A DNA stretch of 64,000 bases from NCBI GenBank assembly GCA_963762565.1, contig CAVXLD010000001.1, positions 1,152,001-1,216,000 of the forward strand, read 5' to 3'. The DNA is from an uncultured Verrucomicrobiae bacterium (GTDB lineage Bacteria > Verrucomicrobiota > Verrucomicrobiia > Chthoniobacterales > JAFAMB01). Position 1 is the first letter of the stretch. The number at the start of each line of letters is the position of its first letter. Position numbers and translations under genes: made by a program. Below, one piece after another: positions 31,038-41,066 of the stretch. Below the pieces are notes generated by a model, which worked only from the letters and a program-made list of their open reading frames with translations, made no database searches and was not told the origin of the DNA.

Positions 31038-31457
31038 ATGCGTAGCCTGTTCCTATTCTTGATTTTATTGCCTCAGCTAGCAGCAGCAGATCCATTTCAA
31101 AAATTACGTCAGGAATGGACTCGAGATCTTCACGAAAAACGGGTTGCGGCATCAACTGCTCTCTACTCTCCGGATGGGGTGTTTATTCAGCCTGATGGCA
31201 CAAGAGTGAAAGGCTCGACCGCAATCTACAACCTTTACCAAAAAATAACGTCGACCTTCGATAGCGATCTGAATTTCTCATCTGAGCGGGTCGAGACATC
31301 CAAGGACCTTGCGTACGATTCCGGTACCTACACCGAGACACTAGTGACGCGGGCAACAGGCAAGTCGATGCTGACGAAGGGTAGTCACCTAACCGTTTAC
31401 CGAAGGGGTAAAAACGGAAACTGGAAAATCGTTGAGCAAGCTTGGACCGGGCACTAG
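31038..31457 (+). CDS. secreted NTF2-like (DUF4440) protein
   Basis: Signal peptide; ALYSPDG..I.PDG, DLAYDSGTY, TVYRR..NGNWKI. Confidence 0.75.
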   Translation: MRSLFLFLILLPQLAAADPFQKLRQEWTRDLHEKRVAASTALYSPDGVFIQPDGTRVKGSTAIYNLYQKITSTFDSDLNFSSERVETSKDLAYDSGTYTETLVTRATGKSMLTKGSHLTVYRRGKNGNWKIVEQAWTGH

Positions 31458-31496
31458 CCAAACGCCGGCCAGGTCAGCATGGCAAACTATCTTTTA

Positions 31497-31915
31497 CACA
31501 GAAGATCACAAAGGACACGAAGAGGTGACCGATCTTTTACAGAAGCAAACGACGGTTTTCATGGGCCTGCAAATATCTAGCCGAGGGTTTGCCAAGTCGA
31601 ACGAGGGTCGAACGCCAGGGACAATTCCTCATACCGTACCCTACGGGACGGTTTCGCTTTTCTGCATATCCCAGGCATTTCATGCCAGGTCGCCTTCGCA
31701 GACTATGGCGCACCCTAAGTCTACCTTTTTGCACAACCAACCGCTACGATCGCGACGTAGGCCTTGCGGAGTCGGGCTACTATCATCTAGTCCCTCCGGG
31801 ACACAGCATTGGCCAGCTCAATCGTTTTTCAACAACCTGGACCCCTTCGTTACCTTCGTTGCCTTCTGTAAAATTCCGATTCCTTCTGACTTTGTGTCCT
31901 TTGTGACCTTCTGTG
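31497..31915. repeat. triple-nested palindromic intergenic element
   Basis: Outer pair CACAGAAGATCACAAAG / CTTTGTGACCTTCTGTG; middle pair TTTACAGAAG.. / ..CCTTCTGTAAA; inner CCGTACCCTACGGGACGG-type element, homologous in inverted orientation to 54615-54725. Confidence 0.7.
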
Positions 31916-32765
31916 AGAGTTGATTCGGTCGTAAGCCCTTACGACGGGGCTTGAGCAGTCCTCGAAACCGCTCCACATCCTTCGGTGTCGCCGGATTGCA
32001 AATGACTAAGGTTAGGTCGGGGCGGCCATCGATAGAAAAGGACGAGAACTCCAGCCCGAGCACTCCTGCAACCGGGTGTCGCAAATGTTTTATACCTTCA
32101 CCTTCGTGAGCGCGGATATCGTTGGCCCGCCATATCACCTCAAATTCCGGGCTTAACCGGCAGAGTTCGTTGACCAATGCTTCGACATCTGCAGCAGCGC
32201 CGGCTCGGGTTGTGTCTGCTCGAAACGCGGCCACGGCAAACCGCGCGACGCCTTGCCAGTCGAGCTGCGCAGCACGGGCCTGGGGGTCAAGGAAGATCCG
32301 GCGCAGCATATTACGCTGTTCAGGAATAAGTTCATCATAGCCAAAGAGAGCAGATGCCGCGCGGTTCCACGCGACGAGATCCCAAGTGACGGTTTTTACA
32401 AAGGCCGGGGTGAACTCCATAGCATCGAGGACGCGCTGGATCCGCGGCGAGATCCCTTCCTTTGCTTGATAGCGGACCACTGGAGGATGCCCCAAGGCAA
32501 TTAAGAAAAGATGTTCGCGCTCAAAATCCGTCAACATGAGCGCGCGAGCAATACGCTCCAGCACCTCGACCGAGGGTGAACCGCCGCGTCCCTGTTCAAG
32601 CCATGTGTACCAGGTAGGGCTGACATTGGCGCGCTGGGCCACTTCTTCTCGCCGCAGGCCGGGCGTTCGCCGGCGGGTCATCGGAAGACCAAGAGCGGCC
32701 GGGTCAAGTTTGGCCCGACGGTCTTTCAGATAGGTTCCAAGCTGATTACCATTTGTTTCCGGCAT
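31818..32765 (-). CDS. MmyB-like XRE-HTH/PAS regulator (C-terminus runs into repeat)
   Basis: LGTYLKDRRA..P...GL...RRRTPGLRREEVAQRANVS.TWYTWLEQGR. Confidence 0.9.
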   Translation of the reverse strand: MPETNGNQLGTYLKDRRAKLDPAALGLPMTRRRTPGLRREEVAQRANVSPTWYTWLEQGRGGSPSVEVLERIARALMLTDFEREHLFLIALGHPPVVRYQAKEGISPRIQRVLDAMEFTPAFVKTVTWDLVAWNRAASALFGYDELIPEQRNMLRRIFLDPQARAAQLDWQGVARFAVAAFRADTTRAGAAADVEALVNELCRLSPEFEVIWRANDIRAHEGEGIKHLRHPVAGVLGLEFSSFSIDGRPDLTLVICNPATPKDVERFRGLLKPRRKGLRPNQLSQKVTKDTKSEGIGILQKATKVTKGSRLLKND

Positions 32766-32769
32766 ATTA

Positions 32770-32812
32770 CCCCGTTATTATTATATACCCCGTTAGTTAT
32801 TATACCAGTATA
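32770..32812. promoter_or_regulatory. direct-repeat operator between divergent genes
   Basis: CCCCGTTATTATTATA and CCCCGTTAGTTATTATA in tandem. Confidence 0.45.
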
Positions 32813-32884
32813 ACAACACTACTTTACTAGAATAACATTCAAGCCAGAATAGCGCATCTCAAACATCAAAATGGAGGTTATTTA

Positions 32885-33781
32885 ATGCGTATTTTTGTTA
32901 CTGGCGCCACTGGCTTCATCGGTTCTGTTCTAGTTAAGGAATTGCTCAGCGCGGGACATCAAGTGCTCGGCTTGTCCCGCTCCGATGCCGGCGCCAAGTC
33001 GCTGGCCGCAGCGGGCGCCGAGGTACATCGCGGTTCGATTGAAGATCTGGAAAGTCTGCGCACCGGGGCAGCAGCTTCGGACGGGGTTATTCACCTCGCG
33101 TTCAACCATGACTTCTCGAAATTCGTCGAGAACTGTGAGGCAGACCGGAAAGTCATTGAGGCCATCGGATCCGTCCTGGCCGGTTCCGATCGGCCGTTCA
33201 TCATCACCTCAGGAACCGGGATGGCGAATACCGTGCCTGGTCAGCCTGCGTTCGAAGATAATCCAATCATCGACTCATCGGTGATTCCACGAGCAGCTTC
33301 GGAAGAAGCCGCCGCGGCGTTGGCAGCGCGAGGCGTCAACATCTCGGTGGTGCGCCTTCCGCAGGTCCACGATCCAGTCAAACAGGGCCTCATTTCTTGG
33401 CTCATCCCAATTGCGCGGGAAAAGGGCGTCTCGGCGTTTGTGGGCGATGGACGCAACCGGTGGCCCGCCGCGCACGTTCGGGATACGGCCCATCTCTATC
33501 GGTTGGCGCTGGAGAAGCAGGAGCCAGGAGCCAAATACCACGCGGTGGCTGAAGAAGGTGTGCCGCTCCGCGATATCGCCGAAGTCATTGGCCGGGGCCT
33601 AAAAATCCCTGTCGTCTCGCTGTCTCAGGAGGAAGCTGCGTCCCACTTCGGATGGCTGGCAATGTTTGCCGGTCGCGACGTTCCGGCCTCAAGCGCGCTA
33701 ACGCGGAAACGGCTCGGCTGGAGTCCAACCGGGCCTGGATTGATTTCCGATCTCGAGCGGATGGATTATTCCGGAAGCTGA
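32885..33781 (+). CDS. NAD-dependent epimerase/dehydratase (atypical SDR)
   Basis: MRIFVTGATGFIGS, HLAFNHDF, WPAAHV.D. Confidence 0.9.
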   Translation: MRIFVTGATGFIGSVLVKELLSAGHQVLGLSRSDAGAKSLAAAGAEVHRGSIEDLESLRTGAAASDGVIHLAFNHDFSKFVENCEADRKVIEAIGSVLAGSDRPFIITSGTGMANTVPGQPAFEDNPIIDSSVIPRAASEEAAAALAARGVNISVVRLPQVHDPVKQGLISWLIPIAREKGVSAFVGDGRNRWPAAHVRDTAHLYRLALEKQEPGAKYHAVAEEGVPLRDIAEVIGRGLKIPVVSLSQEEAASHFGWLAMFAGRDVPASSALTRKRLGWSPTGPGLISDLERMDYSGS

Positions 33782-34035
33782 GGCGCATCGCCCGGGAGGG
33801 ATCGCGTCCTCTTCCGGCCGCCGCCGGATTATTACCGAAGCGGAGGACGTGCTGCGAGCGCGCGGACGAAGATACGCCGTTAGGTTGTGGCACATCCTCG
33901 CGGCGCGCGGGGATCCGACGTCGCCAGCGGTCAGAAGAAAAAGGCCCACGATGGAAGGCTATGTCGGACAGGCTGCGCGCCCTCCCCAAATTCACCCCGC
34001 GGATGCAGGACGGGGATGCTCGATAGGCCAACCCG

Positions 34036-35850
34036 TTAACTCTTGCGGGTGAACCCGTCGGCGCTCCACTCTTCGCTCCCGACGCCATGATGGACAAAGA
34101 ATAGGCCGGTTGGATCGTATTTGTTTTTGATGGCGCGTAGACGCGAATAATTCGGGCCCCAGAACGATTCCTGCCACGAATTCTCGAAGTAATTGGTCTC
34201 TGAAACGTAAGAGGCTGGTTGGGGAACGATTTTTCTGAGCTCGTTCATGGCCTGGGCGATTTTGATCGCGTTTTGACGAGCGGCCGACACATCGGGTTCA
34301 TGGCCGGCGATACCGGGATAAACCGGGTCTCCGCCACCTGCGATAATAACAAGAGCAAATGCATTTAGTACTGCTGGATTCGTGGCGGTATCGCGGGCGG
34401 CGGCAATTTCTTCTGGTGGTGCACCGGCTAACCCTTTGTTGAAGTGCAGTCCGACTCGCCAGTGGCGGGTCGCGGAAAAAAGAGCATCGACCAGCCGCTC
34501 TGTGCTGTCCTTCGCTAGAAGAGTGTCCGGTAGCCAAATGGATTCATAGCCGTGCCAATACATTCCTACTTGGTTGTTGTCACCTGCCCACCAATAATGT
34601 TTATCGGATACACCTTCCCTGGAATCTGCTAACACCACTTCTGGTGCATTCTTTTTCCAAAAATCGAGATCCCAGTGGTGTCGGGCAGGGATGGCCGGAA
34701 TAATTGGGCCCAACCGTATACTATAATCCGCCGGCGATTGGTTGATCCGATCGAAGAACGGTTTCCAGATACTCTCTGCTTCGGATTTAGTGAGACCTTG
34801 GAACAGGAGCGTGATGGAGAGTTGATTGTTGCCGCCTAAGGACACGGTCTCACCCCAGTGGGGGTTAAACAACTGATCTCGATAGAATTCAATAAACCAG
34901 CCGATCAATTCCCGGAAAGCGGTATCCGAGTGTGCCTCGATCGTGGCGATCACTGTGCCGAACAATTCGGGAAGATCGCGGGTTCTTAAGGTTAGTTTTG
35001 TTAGTACGCCAAAACTGCCGCCGCCACCGCCTTTGATTGCCCAGAATAAATCGGAGTTAGTGCAGGCGTTAGCAACACGGACGGCGCCGTCTGCGGTCAC
35101 AATTTCGGCCTCCAAAAGACCGGCCGCTGCCGTGCCGAATCGTTTTGAGTAGCTGCCAAATCCGCCCCCGTGAACCAGGCCGGCGACACCGACGGTAGTA
35201 CAACCGCCACCTTGGACATAGCGGCCGGCCTCGACAGTAACGGCGCGATAAACATCTATCCACATCGCACCGGATTCGACCGTGACCGCGGCTTGCGGTG
35301 ATTGGTGTTGGGCACATCCCTGGCCAACAAATGCGTCGTGTAAAACGATCTTGTTCATCGCCCGGGTCCAAATCAGGAGCGAGTCGGGCGCGTTTGATCC
35401 GCCGAGGTAACTGTGGCCGCCACCTTTCACGACCAACCGGAGATGGTTGGCCTGAGCAAAATTAACTCCGGCAACGACGTCATCGGTGGTCTGCGCAGCA
35501 ATCGCATAAGCACTTGGACTGGAGATCCAGGCGTCGACCCAGCCCGTGCTTTGGGTAGCACCCGGTTGATCACCGACATAGAACGGGTTTTGCAGGTCTT
35601 TAATTATTTTGTCGCGAGCCGCAGCGGTCGTGTTTCCCGCAAGAACCGGTTCAACCTTAATCAGCCGGCCGTTTACCGTTTGATTTAGTTTTTCCCAACT
35701 CGCAGCATCGGGCCAATTTTTGTCGGAAGTGCGTACTCGCGAGGCAGGCGGGGTCGGTGAAGCGCCGCTGGCCGGTACCGAGAAATAGCGCCAGAGTACG
35801 GACACAATCGGAAGTGTCGCCAAGCGTCTAAGGAAGCTTTTTCGGGTCAT
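34036..35850 (-). CDS. FAD-linked oxidase (FAD_binding_4 + BBE), probably Tat-exported
   Basis: VKGGGHSY, GGCTTVG.AG...GGG, DLFWA.KGGGG.SFG, FWG.NY.RL..IK.KYDP. Confidence 0.88.
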   Translation of the reverse strand: MTRKSFLRRLATLPIVSVLWRYFSVPASGASPTPPASRVRTSDKNWPDAASWEKLNQTVNGRLIKVEPVLAGNTTAAARDKIIKDLQNPFYVGDQPGATQSTGWVDAWISSPSAYAIAAQTTDDVVAGVNFAQANHLRLVVKGGGHSYLGGSNAPDSLLIWTRAMNKIVLHDAFVGQGCAQHQSPQAAVTVESGAMWIDVYRAVTVEAGRYVQGGGCTTVGVAGLVHGGGFGSYSKRFGTAAAGLLEAEIVTADGAVRVANACTNSDLFWAIKGGGGGSFGVLTKLTLRTRDLPELFGTVIATIEAHSDTAFRELIGWFIEFYRDQLFNPHWGETVSLGGNNQLSITLLFQGLTKSEAESIWKPFFDRINQSPADYSIRLGPIIPAIPARHHWDLDFWKKNAPEVVLADSREGVSDKHYWWAGDNNQVGMYWHGYESIWLPDTLLAKDSTERLVDALFSATRHWRVGLHFNKGLAGAPPEEIAAARDTATNPAVLNAFALVIIAGGGDPVYPGIAGHEPDVSAARQNAIKIAQAMNELRKIVPQPASYVSETNYFENSWQESFWGPNYSRLRAIKNKYDPTGLFFVHHGVGSEEWSADGFTRKS

Positions 35851-35937
35851 ACGTCGGAAATTCTCGAGTTAGCTAACTAGGGCGGAGCGAATGACAGATG
35901 ACAAATTACAAATGACAGATGACAGATGCGGGGCCAG

Positions 35938-36714
35938 TCATCGGATCAGACCAGCTTGGAGACTCGCGAGCACGTCCTGATTGGTGCGCTCGAATTGCAG
36001 GGGAGTGACCGAGACCCGACCGTGTCCAATGGCGAAAGTCTCCGATCCAGGCGTGTCCCCTCGGGCTGAGCGTCGAAGGTGAAGCCAATGATATTCGAGG
36101 CTGCGGGGATCAATACCGGAGACGACGTCGACGTCCTCCATCAAGCCGGTTCCTTGAATGGTCAATTCGATCGGCCCCGCCTTATCGGCAGGGACATCCG
36201 GAAAATTGATATTCAAAATTGAGCCTTGGCTCCAACCGCCTTTCGCGAACTGCCTGATCACCTTGGGAGCAAGCGCGCGAGCCGTGTCCCAACGCACCGC
36301 ATTGCGATCGCTGAAGGCTTGGCTGAGAGCCATCGACGGGATCCCGAGTAACATACCGGTCATGGCCGCACCCACCGTTCCGGAAAAGACGGTTTCGATC
36401 CCGAGATTCGCGCCGCGGTTAATGCCCGACAGAATCAGGTCTGGTCTTCCCGACACCATCAGATGACGGACTGCCATGACCACACAGTCGCCCGGCGTTC
36501 CGGAGACTGAGAATCGACGCTCCTCCTTCTGCGAGACCCGCAAAGGACTGTGCAGGCTCAAAGAATGCGACGTCCCGCTTTGGTCGTAGTTCGGGGCAAC
36601 GATCCAAACCTCTTCAGCCAGTTCCTCTGCCACCTCAGTCAAAATCCGAAGGCCAGGAGCATCGAATCCGTCGTCGTTCGTGAGTAGTACTCTTGAGATG
36701 AGATGAGATGTCAT
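35938..36714 (-). CDS. surE: 5'/3'-nucleotidase SurE
   Basis: LLTNDDG..APG, SGTPGDCV, SGINRGANLG, SGTVGAA. Confidence 0.93.
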   Translation of the reverse strand: MTSHLISRVLLTNDDGFDAPGLRILTEVAEELAEEVWIVAPNYDQSGTSHSLSLHSPLRVSQKEERRFSVSGTPGDCVVMAVRHLMVSGRPDLILSGINRGANLGIETVFSGTVGAAMTGMLLGIPSMALSQAFSDRNAVRWDTARALAPKVIRQFAKGGWSQGSILNINFPDVPADKAGPIELTIQGTGLMEDVDVVSGIDPRSLEYHWLHLRRSARGDTPGSETFAIGHGRVSVTPLQFERTNQDVLASLQAGLIR

Positions 36715-36770
36715 GCAAAAGAATTTAAAGTCTCACGCAAAGACGAAAAGGCGCAAAGGTTAAAACGGAG

Positions 36771-38246
36771 TCACTTCACCAATTTCTGATTCCGATACAA
36801 CGCCCGCCATTCGATCACCTCGGTAAGCAGTGTCTTTTCTACCCGCGCAACTACGCGCAGGACGCTGGTCCAACTCTTGGTTTGTTCCAGTTGTTTCCGA
36901 TAATCGAGGATAAGTCGACGCATTTCGAGGAAACGCCGCCGGCGGCGTCCGTAATCATTTACGACGATCATGGCGCCGGTAACTGCCGCCAGTTGGTAAG
37001 CCAAGACCACTGCCAAACCTAGCCACGACATCCAACCGTTTGAAGGCAGTAAATGGAAGACTTGAGCCGTCATGACGAAGAAAAGGTTCCCGGCAATCGC
37101 CAAAACGACAGACCAGCGAATGATAACCTGAGCCCATGACATGACTCGATCGGCCCGGCGCGTCTGCCGGGAAAAATAGCTGCTCTGCTGGACGATCCGC
37201 TCCTCATGGTAGGATTCTTTAAACGAGGCAAAATCCGTTTTCTGATTCTTGAACCCGGCCAACATCTTGAGATGATTCAGAGCCTCCAGCATTCCGTGCA
37301 GCTCGGGAATCACCGCTTTATCAATCACATCGTAGCGGACCGGAGCATCCCACAGAGCAACGAATGAGCGCGAAACTTCCGCGGCGGCCCGAACCCTGGC
37401 CCAGCTTTCCTGTGTTTCTTTAGCTTTCAGAAACTTCGGGGCCAGCGCGGCGATTAAGCCAAGAAGGGCGCTGGTTCCAAATAAAAGGCTGGCCTGTTGC
37501 CGAAAAATGTAGGCTGCAACCGTGAGCACAGCGGCAGTGCCAGCACACAAGATGGGTGTCGCAGCAATCTTGCGAAACTGTGGAGCCACTCGATTTGCAT
37601 TCTCATCGAGTTTTTGGAACCAAGCGATTGCCTGGTCCCGATAGGTACCTCCCGGCTTAACTTTTCGGTCGGGTAAGTTGTTGAGGAAAGTTAGCTCGGG
37701 ATCATGCCAAGATCGGTCGCTTTCGTTCCAACGCGTTATTTCACCGGTTTCACTGTGAATCCAAATAACCGGTGTACCGAGATTTTTACAGCATTCCGCC
37801 ATTTCCCCGGTGCCGCCGATTCCTTGGGCCGGGAGTCCATTCCATAACACAATCAATAGGCCGCTCTGCAAAATCGTTTCCAACCCACACTCATAGTAAC
37901 AATGTGGGCGGCTGAGTCCCCCACCTACGACCTCGAAAGAGACCGCTCGCTCGAGCGCGTTTTCAGCGCGTTTCCAAGTCGCGGCTTCGAAATCTTCGCT
38001 GAACTGAGCCGGCGGCATCGGCAAAAGGACGCGCAACGGTATACCGAGCTCAAAACATGCTTCAGCAAAGAGTAGGTCGCCACCCGCTGCCAGGGACGAG
38101 AGACCGGAAACTCCGCCCGGCAGCTTCGAATTCCATTCACTTAGCACTTTCAAAATCATGTCCCGACACCCCGATTCGTCGGCCAGTTTCATATGTCCCG
38201 AAAAACCGATTTGCAGAGCGGGGGTTAATTTAACTTGGGACTTCAT
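36771..38246 (-). CDS. SLOG domain fused to two SLATT-like 2TM modules
   Basis: IGFSGH, SSLAAGGDLLFAE, LWNG.PAQG.GGT.E (SLOG); 2TM + W...R.AAE; Y...RI..Q..YF + 2TM + E..L..E..EW. Confidence 0.65.
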   Translation of the reverse strand: MKSQVKLTPALQIGFSGHMKLADESGCRDMILKVLSEWNSKLPGGVSGLSSLAAGGDLLFAEACFELGIPLRVLLPMPPAQFSEDFEAATWKRAENALERAVSFEVVGGGLSRPHCYYECGLETILQSGLLIVLWNGLPAQGIGGTGEMAECCKNLGTPVIWIHSETGEITRWNESDRSWHDPELTFLNNLPDRKVKPGGTYRDQAIAWFQKLDENANRVAPQFRKIAATPILCAGTAAVLTVAAYIFRQQASLLFGTSALLGLIAALAPKFLKAKETQESWARVRAAAEVSRSFVALWDAPVRYDVIDKAVIPELHGMLEALNHLKMLAGFKNQKTDFASFKESYHEERIVQQSSYFSRQTRRADRVMSWAQVIIRWSVVLAIAGNLFFVMTAQVFHLLPSNGWMSWLGLAVVLAYQLAAVTGAMIVVNDYGRRRRRFLEMRRLILDYRKQLEQTKSWTSVLRVVARVEKTLLTEVIEWRALYRNQKLVK

Positions 38247-38437
38247 GGGGAGGACTAAGCGGAATCGTCAGCAGACGGGCCTAGTGTAGGACGCAGCTCA
38301 GCGATCTTTCGATGAAAAAGCGCCAAAACACATCCAGCCAGATTGCCTGCAGCGCCGAATCCGTGAGCGCTAGGAGTCGCCCTTCCGCCGGCACGCCTCC
38401 TGGCTCCTGGGTTCTGGCTCCTCTTCGTCAACTCCCA

Positions 38438-39247
38438 TCAGCCTTTTTTTGCGCTCCGCTTTTGATCGTGTTCAGAGATCCATTTCAATCCTTCCAGCCA
38501 GTGTTCATGGCTGAGGTGGGTAAACTCCGGGTAACTGGCTCTCTCCCAGCGCGACGCCATACCGGTAGCCACCTCTTCGAAAGTTACCAGGCACTTTCGA
38601 GGCCCCATGGGTTTAATGAGCCAGTTGTGGTAGGAATCAACCAGTGGACCATGAATGGTCCAAGCTCGCCCGTAACTGCGCCAACCGAGACGGTTCGGAG
38701 GATCGCATTCAATAACCAGGCCGTCGACTTTGTCAGGGGGGACTTGACCCAAGATTGGTAGCAGTTGAGGCACGTCGGAACTCAACCAGGAAAACTTCGT
38801 ATTCTTTTGCAATACCCGTGATCCACCCCAAATCTTGACCTTCCCCGCGTAAGGGCACCACTTAGGCCATAGCTCCGCGTGAACCAGGTGATCCCATACC
38901 GTTTCACAAGAAGCGTTTATCTCGATCTGGTTATGCGCAAAGACTTCTGCAGATCGATTAAACATGGCGGTGGGCCAATGCATCTCGGGTGACCGCTGGA
39001 TCCAATCCCTGTTTATGGCATCACCGACAGGAGTGGGGGTCGGGGTGGCCTTCCCCGTCACTGTGATAGCCGGCAACGGGGTATCTCCTTGGGCGGCCGT
39101 CGCCACGATTAAGAGCAGCCCGCAAACCGCGAGCGGTAAGACGTAGTGATCACTAACAGTCAATTTGCGCGGATACACGCACCGGGGGTTTACTCGCCTA
39201 TCCATAAGCCTGATTGCATTCACGTCCTGGGTGAGAGTAACGACCAC
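38438..39247 (-). CDS. SRPBCC/START-fold protein (start uncertain)
   Basis: FAHNQIEINAS.E.VWD.L..AE.WP.W, ECDPPNRLGW, WLEGLK. Confidence 0.7.
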   Translation of the reverse strand: MVVTLTQDVNAIRLMDRRVNPRCVYPRKLTVSDHYVLPLAVCGLLLIVATAAQGDTPLPAITVTGKATPTPTPVGDAINRDWIQRSPEMHWPTAMFNRSAEVFAHNQIEINASCETVWDHLVHAELWPKWCPYAGKVKIWGGSRVLQKNTKFSWLSSDVPQLLPILGQVPPDKVDGLVIECDPPNRLGWRSYGRAWTIHGPLVDSYHNWLIKPMGPRKCLVTFEEVATGMASRWERASYPEFTHLSHEHWLEGLKWISEHDQKRSAKKG

Positions 39248-39747
39248 AACGATACCGAAAACCGGGGTTCGGCCAAGAATTAGGAAATCGACCGGAAACT
39301 AAGACTTACGGCAAGACTCTATGAATCTGATTCGCTCTTGAGCAGTTCGCGGAAGGACCGCAGAATTTCAAGGTAGCTAAATCCAGGAATAAATCGGCCT
39401 CTGCCCGAGTCTTATTCTATGAGAGGACGAGATCGCGTTTTTGCTGTCGGTCTGTCACAAACCAAAGCTTGGATTCATAAAGAGACGTTCCGCTATGCCC
39501 AGTCCCGAAACATCTAAGGAACAAAACGAGTCACTGCATGGTTCGCGCTGGGTAGTTCCCGGGAGCCGCCTGCTGCCCACTCCTGGAGCTGCCGGATTGC
39601 AAAGCGGCTCCCCTCCAGACGTTGGGCCGCGCTCAGGCTCCGGTGACGATCAACCGTTTCGGGGCGATGATGAGGCGGCTAGACCGAGCCTGATTGATAA
39701 CTGGATCGATGCTTGATCCCCAGGGATCAGCGGAGCAAGGCCAGGGC

Positions 39748-39984
39748 AGCCATGAAATGGCGTAACAGAGCAGCCCAGGGCTTCAGCCCTGGGTATATTT
39801 GTCGTAACATCCGCCCTGAAAGGGCGGCCGAAATGCGCGACTTTGGACCCACATCCGTGGCGATCCACGCTCGTCCGATACTGCGCTACGTCCAAGGGAT
39901 TCGGTGGCCCTTTCAGGGCCAATTCTATGGGACGCTTTCCCAGGCCTGAAGGCCTGGGCTGTTCTATTACGCCATTTCATGGCT
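39748..39984. repeat. ~240-bp palindromic REP-like element
   Basis: AGCCATGAAATGGCGTAA..CAGCCCAGG.CTTCAG.CCTGGG..GCCCTGAAAGGGC, mirrored at the other end. Confidence 0.85.
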
Positions 39985-39992
39985 ACTACCAC

Positions 39993-40892
39993 CTACCTGC
40001 GCCTCAGCTCCTCTAATTCTTCCAAGGTACGCGGCCACTCAGATCCTAGCAGGCGGGACAAGCTGCGGTCGGCAAGGACTACTCCGCCGGTCTGACAGCG
40101 AGCACAATAATTGGTCTCGTTGTCGGCATAACGAATCCGCTGAACTTTTTCGCCACATCGCGGGCAGGGCTGGTTATAGCGGCCATGTACTGCCATTTCT
40201 TTGCGAAAGGCAGTGACGTTTTCTGGAAAATCAGAGCCAGCTTCATTTTGCAGGCGATCAATCCAGAGCTCCAGCGTCTGTCGCGCCGCCATCAACAATC
40301 GCTCCCACTCTTCCAGCTTGAGTTTGCGAGTCATTGCTATCGGCGACAACTGCGCGGCATGTAAGATCTCATCTGAATAAGCGTTGCCAATACCATCTAC
40401 TAACCGGGGATCAGTCAGAGCCCGTTTCAGCGTACGGTTTTCCGCGGTAAGCGCAGTGCGAAATGATTCTAGATCACTTTCGAAGATATCGATCCCGCCC
40501 GGATCGGTTGAGCGGAGGCCGGCTTCGCCACCAAAAACGTGTAGCGACGCACGGCGCTTAGTGCCGGCCTCAGTTAATACCAGGGAACCGTTGGGGAAAT
40601 CGAATGCCGCCAGGGTGTTGCGTCCCGCGATCGAAGCCGGCGGCAGTCGCCAATGAAGCCGGCCGGCAATCATGAGATGCAGCACCAGCCATAGATCATT
40701 TTCTACTCCGATGGCAATTCGTTTGCCAATTCGCCTCAGGTCACGTACAACGCGGCCTTCTACCTCGCGAATCGGTGGTTCGGCGGTACGAAGTAGAAAT
40801 GTGCTCGCGATTCGGACCCGCATAAGTCGCTCACCCAGTACCCTCGGCTTGAGCGCATTGATGTAGGTAACAATGTCCGGTAGCTCCGGCAT
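39993..40892 (-). CDS. Fpg/Nei family DNA glycosylase
   Basis: N-terminal MPELPD, HLMIAGRL, GIGNAYSDE (H2TH), C-terminal CPRC...CARCQ zinc finger. Confidence 0.9.
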   Translation of the reverse strand: MPELPDIVTYINALKPRVLGERLMRVRIASTFLLRTAEPPIREVEGRVVRDLRRIGKRIAIGVENDLWLVLHLMIAGRLHWRLPPASIAGRNTLAAFDFPNGSLVLTEAGTKRRASLHVFGGEAGLRSTDPGGIDIFESDLESFRTALTAENRTLKRALTDPRLVDGIGNAYSDEILHAAQLSPIAMTRKLKLEEWERLLMAARQTLELWIDRLQNEAGSDFPENVTAFRKEMAVHGRYNQPCPRCGEKVQRIRYADNETNYCARCQTGGVVLADRSLSRLLGSEWPRTLEELEELRRR

Positions 40893-40931
40893 GACTTAGA
40901 ATCTGGCACAGGGAACGAGCGGGTACAGAGC

Positions 40932-41036
40932 TCAACCGCAGATGGACGCAGATTTACGCAGATAAAATGAAAAAGAACCAGGGGCCGCGACTCGCATGGT
41001 CTTTATCTGCGTAAATCTGCGTGCATCTGCGGTTGA
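40932..41036. repeat. inverted 9-10 nt periodic repeat pair
   Basis: CAACCGCAGATGGACGCAGATTTACGCAGATA / TATCTGCGTAAATCTGCGTGCATCTGCGGTTG. Confidence 0.85.
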
Positions 41037-41066
41037 ACTCCGTTTCCCCTCGTCCTCATTCGCTAT

